Assembly (NCBI GenBank): GCA_030324005.1
Contig: JARDVH010000001.1
Span: 121,675,465 to 121,739,464 of the forward strand
From: Negaprion brevirostris
Taxonomy: Eukaryota
DNA length: 64,000 nt
Direction: 5' to 3'
The position numbers were made by a program, and so were the translations under genes. Below are positions 1 to 12,628 of this stretch, one piece after another (positions within the stretch are counted from its first letter, which is position 1; every line of letters begins with the position of its first letter). The notes beneath the pieces were generated by a model. The model had not been told where the DNA came from, searched no databases, and saw only the letters and a program-made list of their open reading frames with translations.

Positions 1-138
1 TCAAGCGGTTATTGGATAGGGACATGGAGCACTCCAGAATGATAGGGAGTGGGAGAGCTTGATCTTGGGAATGGACATAGCTCGGCACAACATTGAGGGC
101 TGAAGGGCCTGCACTGTGCTGTAATGTTCTATGTTTCT
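1..138 (+). mobile_element. CR1 LINE 3' end
   Basis: Tail gggctgaagggcctgcactgtgctgtaatgttctatg, closely similar to 20329-20470. Confidence 0.8.
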
Positions 139-139
139 G

Positions 140-1075
140 TGTAATGGGATTCTTCAAGGATATAAGTACTAGAGTTGTTAAGAGGGAGACAGTGGATGTG
201 GTTTATTTGGACTCTCATAAGGCTTCCGACAAAGTCCCACATAAGAGATTAGCATGTAAAATTAAAGCATATGGGATTGGTTGGTTGTGCATTGAGATGG
301 ATAGAAACTGGTCGGCAGACAGGAAACAAAGAATAGAAATAAACTGTTCATTTTCCAAATGGCAGGCAGTGACAAGTGGGGTACCACAGTGATCAGTGCT
401 GAGATCCCAGTTATTCAGTTAAAAAGGCAAATGGTATGTTAGCCTTCTTAGCAAGAGCATTCGAGTACAGGAGCGGGGATATCTTGATGCATTTATGGAG
501 GGCCTTGGTGAGGCCACACTTGGAATATGGTGTGCAGTTTTGGTCTCATCTGAGGAAGGAAGTTCTTGCTCTATATGGAGTGCAGAGAAGGTTTACCAGA
601 CCAATTCTTGGAATGGCGGGAGTGGCACATGAGGAAAAATTGAGTCAGTTAGGATTGTATTTGCTGGAATTCAGAAGTTGAGGGGGGCATTTCATAGAAA
701 CCTATAAAATTCTAACTAGACCAGACGGGATAGATGCAAGAAGAATGTTCCCAATGGTGGAGATGTCCAGGGTCAGGGTCACATCAGAGGATAAAGGATA
801 GATTATTTAGGCCAGAGATGAGGATAAATTTCTTCACTCAGTAAGTGGTTAGTGTATGAAATTTGCCACCACAGGAAGTAGTTAAGATCAAAACATTGTA
901 TGTTTTCAAGAAGGAGTTAAGTATAGCACTTGAGGCGAAGGGTATCAAAGGACATGGGGAAAGCTGGGATCAGGCTACTAAAGTGGGTGATTAACCATAA
1001 CCACAATGAATGGTGGAGCAGGCTCAAAGGGCTGAATGGCCTCCTCCTGTTCCTACTCTCTATGTTTCTATGATT
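140..1075 (+). mobile_element. CR1 LINE fragment (RT to 3' UTR), internally deleted
   Basis: VDVVYLD..KA.DKVPHKRL, VTSGVPQ, LVRPHLEYGVQFWS, and tail ctgaatggcctcctcctgttcct...tatgtttctatg. Confidence 0.92.
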
Positions 1076-1149
1076 CCTCTTGGGTATGTTTGAACTGTGT
1101 TACAATTGGATATACAGGTCAATTAGAACTTTTCTTGAACGTTGAAATT

Positions 1150-1330
1150 CTCATGCAATGGCTCCATTCCTGGACAGGTCCCCACTAAAACCCAGAAAGA
1201 GTGCACTGTACGATGGCGATTCACTGCTAGATGCATTACTTTCCTCTCGGAGTGGCCAATGAGTGAAGCAAAAATGGTTGGGGATGACATGGAGGATGAT
1301 GAAGAAGCAGGAACATTCCAGTAAAAGTCA
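1150..1330 (+). mobile_element. Possible decayed PIF/Harbinger transposase C-terminal fragment
   Basis: Frameshifted LDRS...NPERV.CT...HC*MHYF followed by an acidic tail, resembling RCLDRS..LQYSPERV..IIVACC.LHN. Confidence 0.3.
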
Positions 1331-2299
1331 GTGGTGGAGTTCTTTGGCAGCAGCTTATTGAAGAACATGACACTTGAATAGTTTTTTTCTTTTGTTTTAA
1401 TGGCCATGTCTAACATCAGTCCAGGCATCCTCTGATTAAATATGCCCATTCAAAGGCCAACATCGATATACCTGCCCTCTGACAGTGCAGTGTTACCAAT
1501 TAGTAGAAGAACACTCTGTACAGTGGACAGGTTTTTCAAAGAAGAATGCAGGGAAGATGGACTGAATAGCCTCCTTCTATACCTCCTTCTGTATGAGTCT
1601 ATGACCCTAAACCAAGATTAAAAAGCCTAAAGAAATGCTAACCTTTGTCTCTGGAATCTGGGAAAACAAAGTGAGAAAGTAATGTTTCAATTGTACACAG
1701 CTTCGTTCAGACCTCACTGAGATCAGCTTCTAACACCAAACCTGAGGAAAGATATTTGATCTTGGAAAGATTAAGAACAGATTCACCAAAGTAATGTCAG
1801 AGAACGCTGGACAGACTGCTTTAACAGAGGCTTCTTTTCTTGTACGTCAGCTCTGGGATGGGACAATAGGGCTGGTGGAAGTAACAGAGACAAGGAGAGG
1901 AGAAAATCTCCAGGGATTTAAACCCAGAACAAGAGTAGATCATTCAGCTCTTTGAGCTTGTTATGCCAATCAAAGGCTGATCTGAATCTTAACCCCATCC
2001 ACCGGCTTAAACTCCATCTCCCTGTTCTGTCCCCGTCTGGTAAAAAAAATTAGAACTGTGTCTTATTGCCAGATGCCTCCTGGAAGTCCACACAAACCAT
2101 ATCCAAATCATCCCCCCATCCTACTACTACGTTACTTCCTCCAAACTCGCCATCATATTCATTAGACTTGACCTACCTTTCATGATCTCTTTTAGATAAA
2201 TGACCATTTACTGTTAGATTATTAACCAAGTCTTTGTCACATTACTCATTATTAAATGTGATATGGTCTTCCCCCTTGATGAAGGCATTGGGAGAATTG

Positions 2300-2700
2300 T
2301 TAATATCGGTCAGAAATAGAGGAGTGGTAGGTGCGCAGACATGCTGCAAGATAGAAATAGTGACAGCAGTGTTTTGGATGTGCTGAAATGTGTATAAGAT
2401 TTAAAGACAAGACTGGTGAGGAGATCACTGGAGTAATTAAGCCTGGAAGATACAAGTTCATTGATGAGGGTTTTAGTAGAAGATGCGCTGATGGTGGGGT
2501 AGGGATGGATAATGTTGTACAGATGATTTTTGTCACATAGATCATTTGGATACCCTAAAAGTCAATTAGGGTGAAATAGACTAACCATGGTTAGAAACAT
2601 CTGAAACAATAACCAGACAGGAGGATTGAATTGGAGGTGAGCTTATGGAGTTTGTGGCTTTGCTGTTGCCAGCGTTTACCAGCACGATATAGCAGCTCCT
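2300..2700 (-). mobile_element. Old L2-like LINE fragment
   Basis: Resembles the minus-strand L2 RT C-terminal fragments at 25.5 kb and 61 kb. Very decayed. Confidence 0.4.
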
Positions 2701-3074
2701 CTTAAACTAGATGTCAATCAAGCAGTCTAACAATGCAGCGGCTGTGGAAAGATAGACATGGACAACATCAGCATTGCTGTGAGGTAACTCCATGGGTTCA
2801 GGTGAAACAGAGCAGCATGTATATAAAGAAGACAGGACAGAAAGTGATTTGCAGTAAAAAGAGAAGACATTGCTGAAGATGCTGTAGCTCAGTAATGGAC
2901 AACATAGACTATCGAGTGGGTTACAGGAACAACCCTCCGTCATCTCAGTGAGCTGCAAGATTGAAATCAGGTTTGTTCACTAAGCATGACCACGTGAATA
3001 AGATTAAACACATTTAACGCACACTGAATATTTCATAACAAGTTATAGAAAATGCTTAACCATTCATATATTAA

Positions 3075-3402
3075 TAGAATCATAGAATAGAATCCCTACA
3101 GTGCAGAAGGAGACCACTTGGCTTATCAATTCTGCACCAACCACACCCAGACTTAATCCCTGTAACCCTACATATTTACCCTTCTAATCCCCTATCGATC
3201 CCCTGACACTAAAGAGCAATTTAGCATAGCCAATCAACCTAACCCACACATTTTTGGATTGTGGGAGGAAACCAGAGCATTCGGAGGAAATCCATGCAGA
3301 CATGGGGAGAACATACAAACTCCACACAGACAGTGACCCAAGCCAAGAATTCAATCCAGCCCCTGGCACTGTGAGGCAGCAGTACTAACTACTGTGCCAC
3401 CC
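3075..3402 (-). mobile_element. HE1-like tRNA-derived V-SINE, CR1-type tail
   Basis: Reverse complement has a tRNA head, the V core gtgtggagttt..ttctcccc..tttcctcccaca and the tail ccttctgcactgtagggattctat. Confidence 0.9.
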
Positions 3403-3589
3403 CAATAGAACTGTCATCAACTACAAATGGTAAAAAACAAAGAAATATTTATGCTTAATTGGATGAAGAGGTAGTGTATGGCGCTCACAAAAAGTGTTCT
3501 GTGCAATCAGCATGCACCTCATTTCACATGTCCTTGCTTTACACATCGGTCATACTCTAACGCAAAAGCTATGCGGATGGAAATCAGGG

Positions 3590-3688
3590 CAATGTGGCAA
3601 TAGTCAACAAAATGTCTCGTGGGCCGCATTCAAAACCCTAATGGGCCATATGTTGCCACTGGGCTACAAGTAGGCCACCGCTGCTCTA
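3590..3688. mobile_element. hAT (Charlie-like) non-autonomous terminus
   Basis: gggccgcatt...gggccatatg...gggctacaagtaggccaccgctg followed by ctcta, a typical hAT subterminal repeat and end. Confidence 0.4.
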
Positions 3689-4899
3689 TTATCAGAGCCA
3701 AGTAAGGACCAGCTCTCTGAACTGAGTTTATTTGCAGGGCAAGGTTCAGCATCACAATTCAGAGCAAATACCTGCAAAAACATTCAATGACAAAGCAAAC
3801 GGAAATCCTTTCTGATTCTGTGTTGAAAGCTGCCAAGTTATTTTAAAATGTTACACAAACATTGTCAGACAAATTGCCAGGTTCCTGAAGAGTTAAGAGG
3901 GATTATTACTGATCCTTCAGAAAGGCCACATTGAACTATGTCGGCTATTGTGAGTTTAAAATGAAGACAGTAATTGGGGAAATCACCACAAAAGTCCAAA
4001 AATAAACAAGAGAAACGAAATGAGTAAACAAACAATTCTTGATCAAGGATTGATCAAGGACAAGACATGTCTGTGAGAAGCAAGACTTCAAGGAAATTTA
4101 GACAATGATTGAGTAGCCTATGCGGTCTACAAGTGAGCTGAAAGGACATGGCTGAGTGTGAAGGATTACACCTGGTGCATCCTCAGAGGAAGTGAGTGAC
4201 TGACATCAAAAAGCCAACTATCTATTTTCAATTACCTAGAAAAGATGTGTGGGTTGGACAAAATGGATCTTCCTTAACTTTTACACCCCTTCAAATGACC
4301 GACAAAAACATAGCAAGAAGACATTGAGACAAGCCAGGCACAGCATTCAGAGGAGCCCTAAGGAGCTCTGTTTTGAATAAGTTCATCCAAGAACAAGAGC
4401 CTTAAAGAGCTATGAGGGACTGATCACAAATTCCAGGACACTCCTGCCTTAATGCAGAGGATCTTGGATTTATAGATTGCATGTGTTACTTGATGCTGTC
4501 TTTATGATGTGTAATCAGTTTAAAATCATATGCCATGTAAATCATTAAAGGTAACTTTCAATGGAATACAGAGTAGTGCGACTTACTTTGATGAGGCCTT
4601 TGACCAAGTTCAGATATAACTGGAATATCAGAATCCCTACATTCCATTTTTAAAGGAAATTAAGAAAACCCTCGAGTGGAAATTCCACCATGGCAGCTTT
4701 AAAAGCATTTAATCAGATTGGGTAGGGCCCCACTCCCTCTGCCCTGATCAAGTGCATGGTGGGAAGATCTGTGGACCACTTTCCCATCATGCCTCCAATT
4801 ATGGTTCTTGAATAGGCAATTAATGCCTGTTAAAGACCTCATTCCGCTGCCACCAGTACTAAACCAGCAGAGATAATTCAGCACGAAACCTGAAAAGTA

Positions 4900-6258
4900 A
4901 ATCTTTGTAGGGTAAGATAAAGGTACACAGTGTTAGGGTAGTAGATTAGCATGGATAGAGGACTGATTACCTAAGAGAAAGCAAAGAGTGGGGATAAATA
5001 GGTGTTTTTCTAGTCAGTAATCAGTGACTTGTGGTGTACCTCAGGGATCAGTGTTGGGACCGCAATTGTTTACGATTTACATAGATGATTTGCACTTGGG
5101 ACCAAGTGTACTGTGTCAAAATTCACAGATGACACTAAGATGAGTGGTAGAGCAAAGTGGATGAAATCCTTAATNNNNNNNNNNNNNNNNNNNNNNNNNN
5201 NNNNNNNNNNNNNNNNNNNNNNNNNNNNNNNNNNNNNNNNNNNNNNNNNNNNNNNNNNNNNNNNNNNNNNNNNNATCAGTGTTGGGACTGCAATTGTTTA
5301 CAATTTACATAGATGATTTGGAGTTGGGGACCAAATGTAGTGAGTCAAAATTCACAGATGACACTAAGATGGATGGAAGAGCAAAGTGTGCAGAGGATGC
5401 AAAGGGATGTAGATAGTCTAAGTGAGTGGGCGAGGGTCTGGCAGATGGAGGACGATGTTGGTAAATGTGAGGCCATCCATTTTGGTAGGAATAACAGCAA
5501 AATGGACTGTTACTTAAATAGTAAAAAATTGCAGCATGCTGCTGTGCAGAGGGACCTGGGTGTCCTTGTGCAGGAATCTCAAGGAATTAGTTTGTGGGTG
5601 CAGCAGGTAATTAAGAAGGCAAATGGAATTTTGTCCTTCATTGCTAGAGGATGGAGTTTAAAAACAGTGAGGCTATATTGCAGCTGTATAAGATGCTGGT
5701 GAGGCCACACCTGGAGCACTGTGTACTGTTTTGGTCTCCTTTATTGAGAGGATATACTAGCACTGGAGGGGTTGCAGAGGAGATTCACTCAGTTGATTCC
5801 GGAGTTGAGAGGGTTGGCTTATGAGAAGAAACTGAGTAAACTGGGATTATACTCATTGGAATTCAGAAGAATGAGGGGGGCGATCTTACAGAAACATATA
5901 AAATTATGAAGGGAATAGATAAGGTCATTTCCACTGGTGAGTGAAACTAGAACAAGGGGGCATAGCCTCAAAATAAGGGGGGAGCAGATTTAGAACTGAG
6001 TTGAGGAGAAACTTCTCCACCCAAAGGGTTGTGAATCTGTGGAATTCCCTGCCAAGTAGAGCAATTGAGGCTATCTCGTTGAATGTTCTTAAGTCAAGGA
6101 TAGAAAGATTTTTGAACTGTAAAGGAATTAAGGGTTATGGTGAACAGGTGTAAGTCGAGCTGAGTCCACGGAAAGATCAGATAGGATCTTATTGAATGGT
6201 GGAGGAGACTTGAGGGGCCAGGTGGCCTACTCTTGCTCCTGGTTCTTATGTTCTTATT
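4900..6258 (+). mobile_element. CR1 LINE 3' portion
   Basis: GVPQGSVLGP, SKF.DDTK, KCEAIHFG, RDLGVLV, KKANGIL, and tail ggcctactcttgctcctggttcttatgttctt. Confidence 0.93.
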
Positions 6259-7141
6259 TGCTTGCAGGCTACCTTGGTGGGGATGTTCCCTTGTTCAAAT
6301 TAGACACCGGAGGGAGTGGCTTTGTGCCCATGTTCACAGAGGACAAGAATCAGTATTTTCCCTGAAAGGGGAAGATGTCTCATAAATTTGAGCAATAGGT
6401 GTAGCTTGCTGTTTGATGCTGCAATGATGCAGTAGCAACACAAGTAGTATTCATCATCAACAAGATGCTGCTATCAAATCACAAAATACGTTCTGCCTAT
6501 CACACAAATGAGGATTGTTGTATATGAATTTCAGTGCTGGTGTGATGCTAGGTGTATAGGCCATACATCAGAAAGGCTGCTGGATCAAAAGACATGTTCC
6601 TTCAACTGCTCACAACAGGTAAAGAACTAACTGTACCCAACCCATGTTTGCAAAACTCAAAACATAGTATTCAACATTAGATCTGATTCTGTGATTGGAC
6701 AACACTTATTAAACAATCCTGATTGTGCTAAGGATTACACCGAGGGCCAGATTGTCAGTCAGGCTTGCAGTGTCACTCACTTATGTGTGTAACACTGCAA
6801 GTTCATCCTGATAGGTGCGAGACAAAAAGCTTCTACAGCTTGTCACTTTTTTCAGCAATTTCCATTGTGCTAAATAAAATGTTAATGGTTAGTCCTGTAG
6901 CACATTAGTGAACTTACATTGTGTACACGGCTACATGTCCTGTTACATAGAAGACTTACGGCTGTTTTTTTCGAAGTTACCCATTCTAAAATGAGGAAAT
7001 ATTGCAGGAAAAAGATTGAAAAATCAAAAATCAGGAGCATTCTTCCCACTAAATTCAATTTTGCCTTTTCACAAATGATAATTAGCATCTTTTCCTTAAC
7101 TCTCCAAATTCTGGCAGGGACTACTGGATTGGTGGGCTGAT

Positions 7142-7588
7142 TGTCACAGGGATAGCAGAAATTGGCCCCTAACCTGTCAAGAGCAAAGAAGGCCTAAGCA
7201 ATGAAGTCCTCTATGAAGTCACAATGTATTGTCCTTTTTTAGGCCAAGGCTGTCCTCCAAGATTATTCACTGTCTGGGCCTCAGACAAGTGAATAAGACA
7301 AGTTATTAAGAATGTTACAGCATTTTATCTGTTGTAAGTGGAGCTAACTCGATATGGCTTCAACAACAATGGGTTTATTAAATTAATATAACTATACACA
7401 AGATAAGGATCTGACAGAACAAGTTTCTTCCACCCTAGCTCCAACTCTTCCCTGTCCCAGGACAAGCATCCTCGCTCCTGGTTGATCCAGCTTTTCACAC
7501 AGCCACTCCATAAGGTCTGGTCTGATCATGTGGCCCACAAAGGATAGTCCCTCAAAGGTAACACATTGCCACACTATCCCACTCACAA
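7142..7588. mobile_element. Possible solo LTR
   Basis: TGTCACA...CTCACA termini and an internal tttatt. No TSD seen. Confidence 0.25.
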
Positions 7589-8629
7589 TGTGCTCAAGAC
7601 ATACAGCAGACAACTGTGCTGAGCTTCCAGTCTGCTCTGTAACAAAGGTTTGGATGAACATTGAGTGTAATGCTGAGAGTGCACACACTAACACTGAAGT
7701 ACTGTTATGGATTTCCCTCTCCTAGTGTGATTTACAGCATACTTCAGAGTGACTGAAGCTAGTCAGAATCCCAGCCATGCTGCCACTGTTATCTGCATGT
7801 GGATGGTCATCTTGGAAGTCTGAAATTTCGAAATGCTCCTTTCTTCTTGGATGAGAAAGTAACAGAACAAAGCCTTGAGTTTTGCTGGTCCAGTAAACCA
7901 TCGTCCCAATGTGGATGTGGTTACACCGTAATAAATCTGCTCTCCAGATCACAGGTATTTCTTCGTTGGGAATGATAACAGTTTAAAAACAATATAGAGA
8001 AAGTGGCTTCATTAATGAAGAATTACATTACGCAATCTAAAACTTTTCAATAATAAAACAAGTCACAGAATGACCATTATACCAGGTGGTGTAAATAAGC
8101 CTTATCTACATTACAAAATGATAATTTTGCGGTATCATGCACACTTCTGTGTCACACTTCAAAAAAATACAAAGTAGTCATTTGATACAGGAATAACAAT
8201 AACATGATTACAAAAATTAAACAAATATTTTTGTAAAAAGCAAGAGTCATGATCATAGTCCACAGCCTATACTCTGATCTCACCCTATTTTAATTTAGCA
8301 ACAGCAATTCAGCTTTGTGGCCTAAAACTGCCTGGTGATGAGTTGCATCGCTTGTTACTACATTGGAAAGAGATTTGTGCCCACTGGTGGTCAAGAGAAG
8401 GAACTACATCAGCTCAATTGCACAGCTAATGGGGTAGCCATTGCTGCAGATTCTGTATCAATTAAGCAATGAGGTTGACAGTCTGCATCAAACTGGGGAA
8501 CAACCTCAAATATCCCGTCTCTATTTTGGGGATAGGCTGTAACCAATATTTAATACAAGTTTATCAACTCACACAGGTGCCTTGATTATATTTCCTTCCA
8601 ACCTGCTTCGTCTTTGTCACATCTGCTCT

Positions 8630-8790
8630 ACTGACACCATCTTCCACACAAGTGCACATCTGCCTAACTTTTCCTCCAACCGACGATTTCCCTCTACCAT
8701 GGTTGACAAGTCCTTCAACCGCATCCGTTCTATTTCCCACATTTAAGCCCTCACCCCACTCCCCACTATTATAGAGTTCTTTTCCTTCTC
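8630..8790 (+). mobile_element. Penelope-like element coding fragment
   Basis: Translates about FSSNRRFPSTMVDKSFNRIRSIS, like the PLE thumb region F..RGFP...VD.A..R. Confidence 0.5.
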
Positions 8791-11149
8791 ACTGAGAGCA
8801 GGCAGAGTGTTCAGTGTGTGAGTGGAAGGTTGGAAAGAGTGAATGGCCACTGTAGGGATGGGCGCAGGATGTCAATACGATGGAGTCACCAGAGAGAAGA
8901 AGCAGCGGTGTAGTGAACACCACTTTATAAGTAAAGCTCTGTTATTTTTAACACTTCATGTTTCCTAGCATCAATTCTCCAATATACAACATAAAAACTG
9001 GTGACAAGGACTTTGAATGGCACTTGCTAGCCACAGGAGGAAACATACTGGAAAAATCAGAAAAAGACTTAGAAGAGAAGTTCTTCACATGCTGTGGACA
9101 TAATGGGCGAAATGGATGTGAGTAATGATCCTTCACAGATCTGGGTGTGTTTAAAGAGGCTGAAGCCCGGATTGTTGTCTAGTTTAAAAGAGAAAATAAC
9201 AAGGTAGCTGCTGGAAACCCCTTGCAAAGTGTGTATATGGGGAATGCCCATTAGTGAAACTGTGGGCATGCGTGTGGAGCTCCTATACTGAGCATTTTGA
9301 CTATTTGCGTCGGCAAACAAAATAGCTGAGGATATTAGGATGCCCACGTTCTTGATGGAGGGAAAAGCGTTTAATCTCCTCAAACTTTTAGTGCACCCAG
9401 AAAACATATGAACAAATTGCAGATATTTTGCAAGCACATTTTTCACCAATGCCTTTGGTGATTGCGGAGCCCTCAGATTCCATGAAGGAAATCAAGAGGG
9501 AGAGTCAATCCTGTAATTTGTGGCTGTGCTAAAAAGACTTGCAGAATATTGAGAGTTTGGTGATGTGCTGAATGACATAATTCAGGACAGATTTGTCTGC
9601 AGTTTGTGAAGTGGAGCAATACATAAACGTGTGCTGAGATTAGCCTTATTTTCAGAAAATGACTGTTTCAATGGAGCTGGTTGCAAAGGAAGCTCAGAAG
9701 TTTATGAACTGGAATAGACAAAATGGCAGCTGAATTGATGTCAAAGAATCTTGAAAACCGCACATATAAACGATGTGAAAATTCAGGACATTCAGCTGCA
9801 GAATGCTAGTGCAAGGCCTCAGTCTGAGGATGAACTATCACCAAACGTACTGGCCATTGCTTGTACTATGAATAGAGACAGGGTCACTCACTCCACTGCT
9901 CGATGGACAGACAATAAGGACGAAAGTTGACACTGGGGCAGCAGTCGCACTGCTGCCAGAGAACGTATACATGGAAAAACTCAGACATATTCCCTTGAAA
10001 GCTTCAAGAATAGTGTTGAAGACATATATAGGTAAAGTGGTTCCACTGATGGGCTGCATTGAAGTAGCTGCGCAACTTAATGGACAAATAGCAAATTTGT
10101 CTCTNNNNNNNNNNNNNNNNNNNNNNNNNNNNNNNNNNNNNNNNNNNNNNNNNNNNNNNNNNNNNNNNNNNNNNNNNNNNNNNNNNNNNNNNNNNNNNNN
10201 NNNNNNNNNNNNNNNNNNNNNNNNNNNNNNNNNNNNNGTCTCCATATGTAGTCAAGGGCAATTATCCAGCTTTGATGAGTTGAACGTGGTTAGAGATGAT
10301 TCGAAGATTCGACTGAACTCGGCCGGTCAACCTAACAACGAATAGAGAATCAGCTCTCGCAAAAATTCTAAAGAAACGCGTAGTTGTGTCTGACAGAGAA
10401 TTGGGGAGTATGAAAGACATCACAGTTGAATTGAAGATTAAAAAATACAGCCTAACAAAATGCTTGAAGACAAGATTGGTAATCTGTGCTATCAGGTCAA
10501 AAGTGGAGGCTGACTTGGAATGACTTATGAAAACAGCTGTTTTGGAATCTGTTAGCATTAGTGAATGGACCAATAATAACAGCCATCAAGAATTTGGATC
10601 TGTAAGGATTTGTTGAGCCTTTAAAGTTATCCTAGATCCAGTATTTTGTAAGGAACAGTGTCCATTACTGAACATTAATGATGTGTTTGCAGGATTGGCA
10701 GGGGCCAACATTTTAGCAAAATCAACCAAAGCTAGGTTTACTTATAGATGAATTTGGACAGAAAATCACAAACTTTTGATAATCGTGACACCTAAAGGCT
10801 TGTTCTGGGACCCAAGCTTGCCATTTTGTGTCACATCTGCTCCTGCATTGTTTCAAGGAGCAATAGATCAGATCTTGAGTTGGCTGATGGAGTCCAGTGT
10901 TATCTGAATGACATTCTAGTCATTGAAAGAGAGGAACATTCTTGGAACTTGGATGATTCTCTTCGGAGATTGGCAGACTATGGCCTGAGGGTCTGAAAGG
11001 ACAAGTATGAGTTCTTCCAAATCCTCCATTGAATGTTTAGGACATGCGATTGATGCCATGGGCCTTCACCAATCTCCTTTAAAGATCAAGACTATCACAG
11101 AAGTGCCGGCACCTCGAATACTAACCAGTTGCAATCCTTCCTAGGATTT

Positions 11150-11222
11150 AACTATTTGTTTGTTTGTTTATTTATTAAATCACAAGTAGGCTTACATTAA
11201 CACTGCAATGAAGTTACTACGA
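11150..11222 (-). mobile_element. Type-B SINE tail fragment inside Gypsy pol
   Basis: Reverse complement agtaacttcattgcagtgttaatgtaagcctacttgtga..taataaataaac. Confidence 0.75.
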
Positions 11223-11621
11223 AGTTTTCAAATTTGGCAGCCATTGCCTACAGTTAACATGTGACCCATCCCCATTTGGTATTGGAGTGGTGGGATCCCA
11301 CATTATGCTATCAGGTGAAGTAAGACCCGTTGCTTTAGCATCTCAAACATTTTGCAAGTTGAAAGTAACTATGCACAAATTGAAAGCGAAGCATTGTCTT
11401 GGGAATAAAGAAATTCCATCAACTCCTGTATGGAAGGGAGTTCACTGGTGACAGACCATCATTCATAATTTTTAGAAATTCCATCACTTACAGCAAAAAT
11501 GCAGAGATGGATATTGCTATTGACTGCATATATTTATACCATCACATAGACAATTATATCTACATTCTAATGTGGATGGATTGTCAAATTAACACAACCT
11601 AGTAGTTCATCAGCTAACAGC

Positions 11622-12062
11622 TTTTGATTTGATTTATTATTGTAACATGTATTAATACAGTGAAAAGTATTGTTTCTTGCACGCTATACAAACAAAATAT
11701 ACCATCCATAGAGAAGGAAAAAGAGTGCAGAACGTAGTGCTATTGTGTAGCTAGGGTTTAGAGGAAGGTCAACTTGATGCAAAGTACATCCATTGAAAAG
11801 TCTGACAGCAATAGGGAAGAAGCTGTTTTTGAGTTGGTTGGCACATGACCTCAGACTTTTGTATTTTTTTCCCGACGGGAGAAGGCAGAAGAGAGAATGT
11901 CCGGGATATGTGAGGTCCTTAATCATGCTGGCTGTTTTGCTGAAGCAGCAGGAAGTGCAGACAGAGTCAATGGATGGCAGGCTGGTTTGCGTGATGGATT
12001 GGGCTACATTCATGACCTTTTGTAGTTTCTTGCGGTCTTGGGCAGAGCAGGAGTCATACCAA
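11622..12062 (-). mobile_element. Rex1/Babar LINE 3' end
   Basis: WYDSCSAQDRKKLQKV...IKDLTYPGHSLFCLLPSGKKYKSL...LKNSFFPIAVRL, with an (aatca)-type tail. Confidence 0.88.
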
Positions 12063-12162
12063 NNNNNNNNNNNNNNNNNNNNNNNNNNNNNNNNNNNNNN
12101 NNNNNNNNNNNNNNNNNNNNNNNNNNNNNNNNNNNNNNNNNNNNNNNNNNNNNNNNNNNNNN

Positions 12163-12628
12163 GCCATGATCTTATTGAATGGCGGGGCAGGCTCGAAGGG
12201 CTAGATGGCCTACTCCTGCTCCTATTTCTTATGTTGTTAAGACTTTTCCAGGCTAATTCTAGGAATGGTAGGTCTGTCATATGAGGAGACAGTAAATTGG
12301 TTAGGATTATATTCATTGGAGTTTAGAAGAGTGAGAGAGATTCTCATTGAAACATATAAAGCTCTAGTAGGATTAAACAGGGTAGATTCAGAAAGCATGT
12401 TCCCAAAGGTGGGGGTGTCCAAAACTAGGCATTATAGTTTGAGGATAAGGGGCAAACCTTTTCGGACTGAGGTGAAGAGAAATTTCTTTACCTGGAGAGT
12501 AGTGAATCTGTGGGATTTAATACCACAAAGTAGTTGAGACCGAAACATTGTGTGATTTCAAGAAGAAATTAAGTATAGCACTTGGAGCTAAAGCGACCGG
12601 GATATTGAATTTGATGGTCAGCCATGAT
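12163..12628 (+). mobile_element. Two adjacent CR1 3' fragments
   Basis: CR1 tail 12163-12235, then GLSYEE...LGLYSLEFRR.R..LIETYK. Confidence 0.88.

Noticed and set aside
1142-1324. FLSEWPMSEAK resembles the TLR2 TIR end (YLEWPMDEAQ), and TLR2 is the human neighbour
   Set aside because: Wrong strand for the expected synteny and no other TIR boxes. The region fits a decayed Harbinger fragment better.
5040-5395. Duplicated CR1 segment around a gap
   Set aside because: Likely two CR1 copies or a scaffolding join. Uninterpretable across the gap.
7722-7952. 76-aa minus-strand ORF
   Set aside because: No recognisable homology or convincing splice sites.
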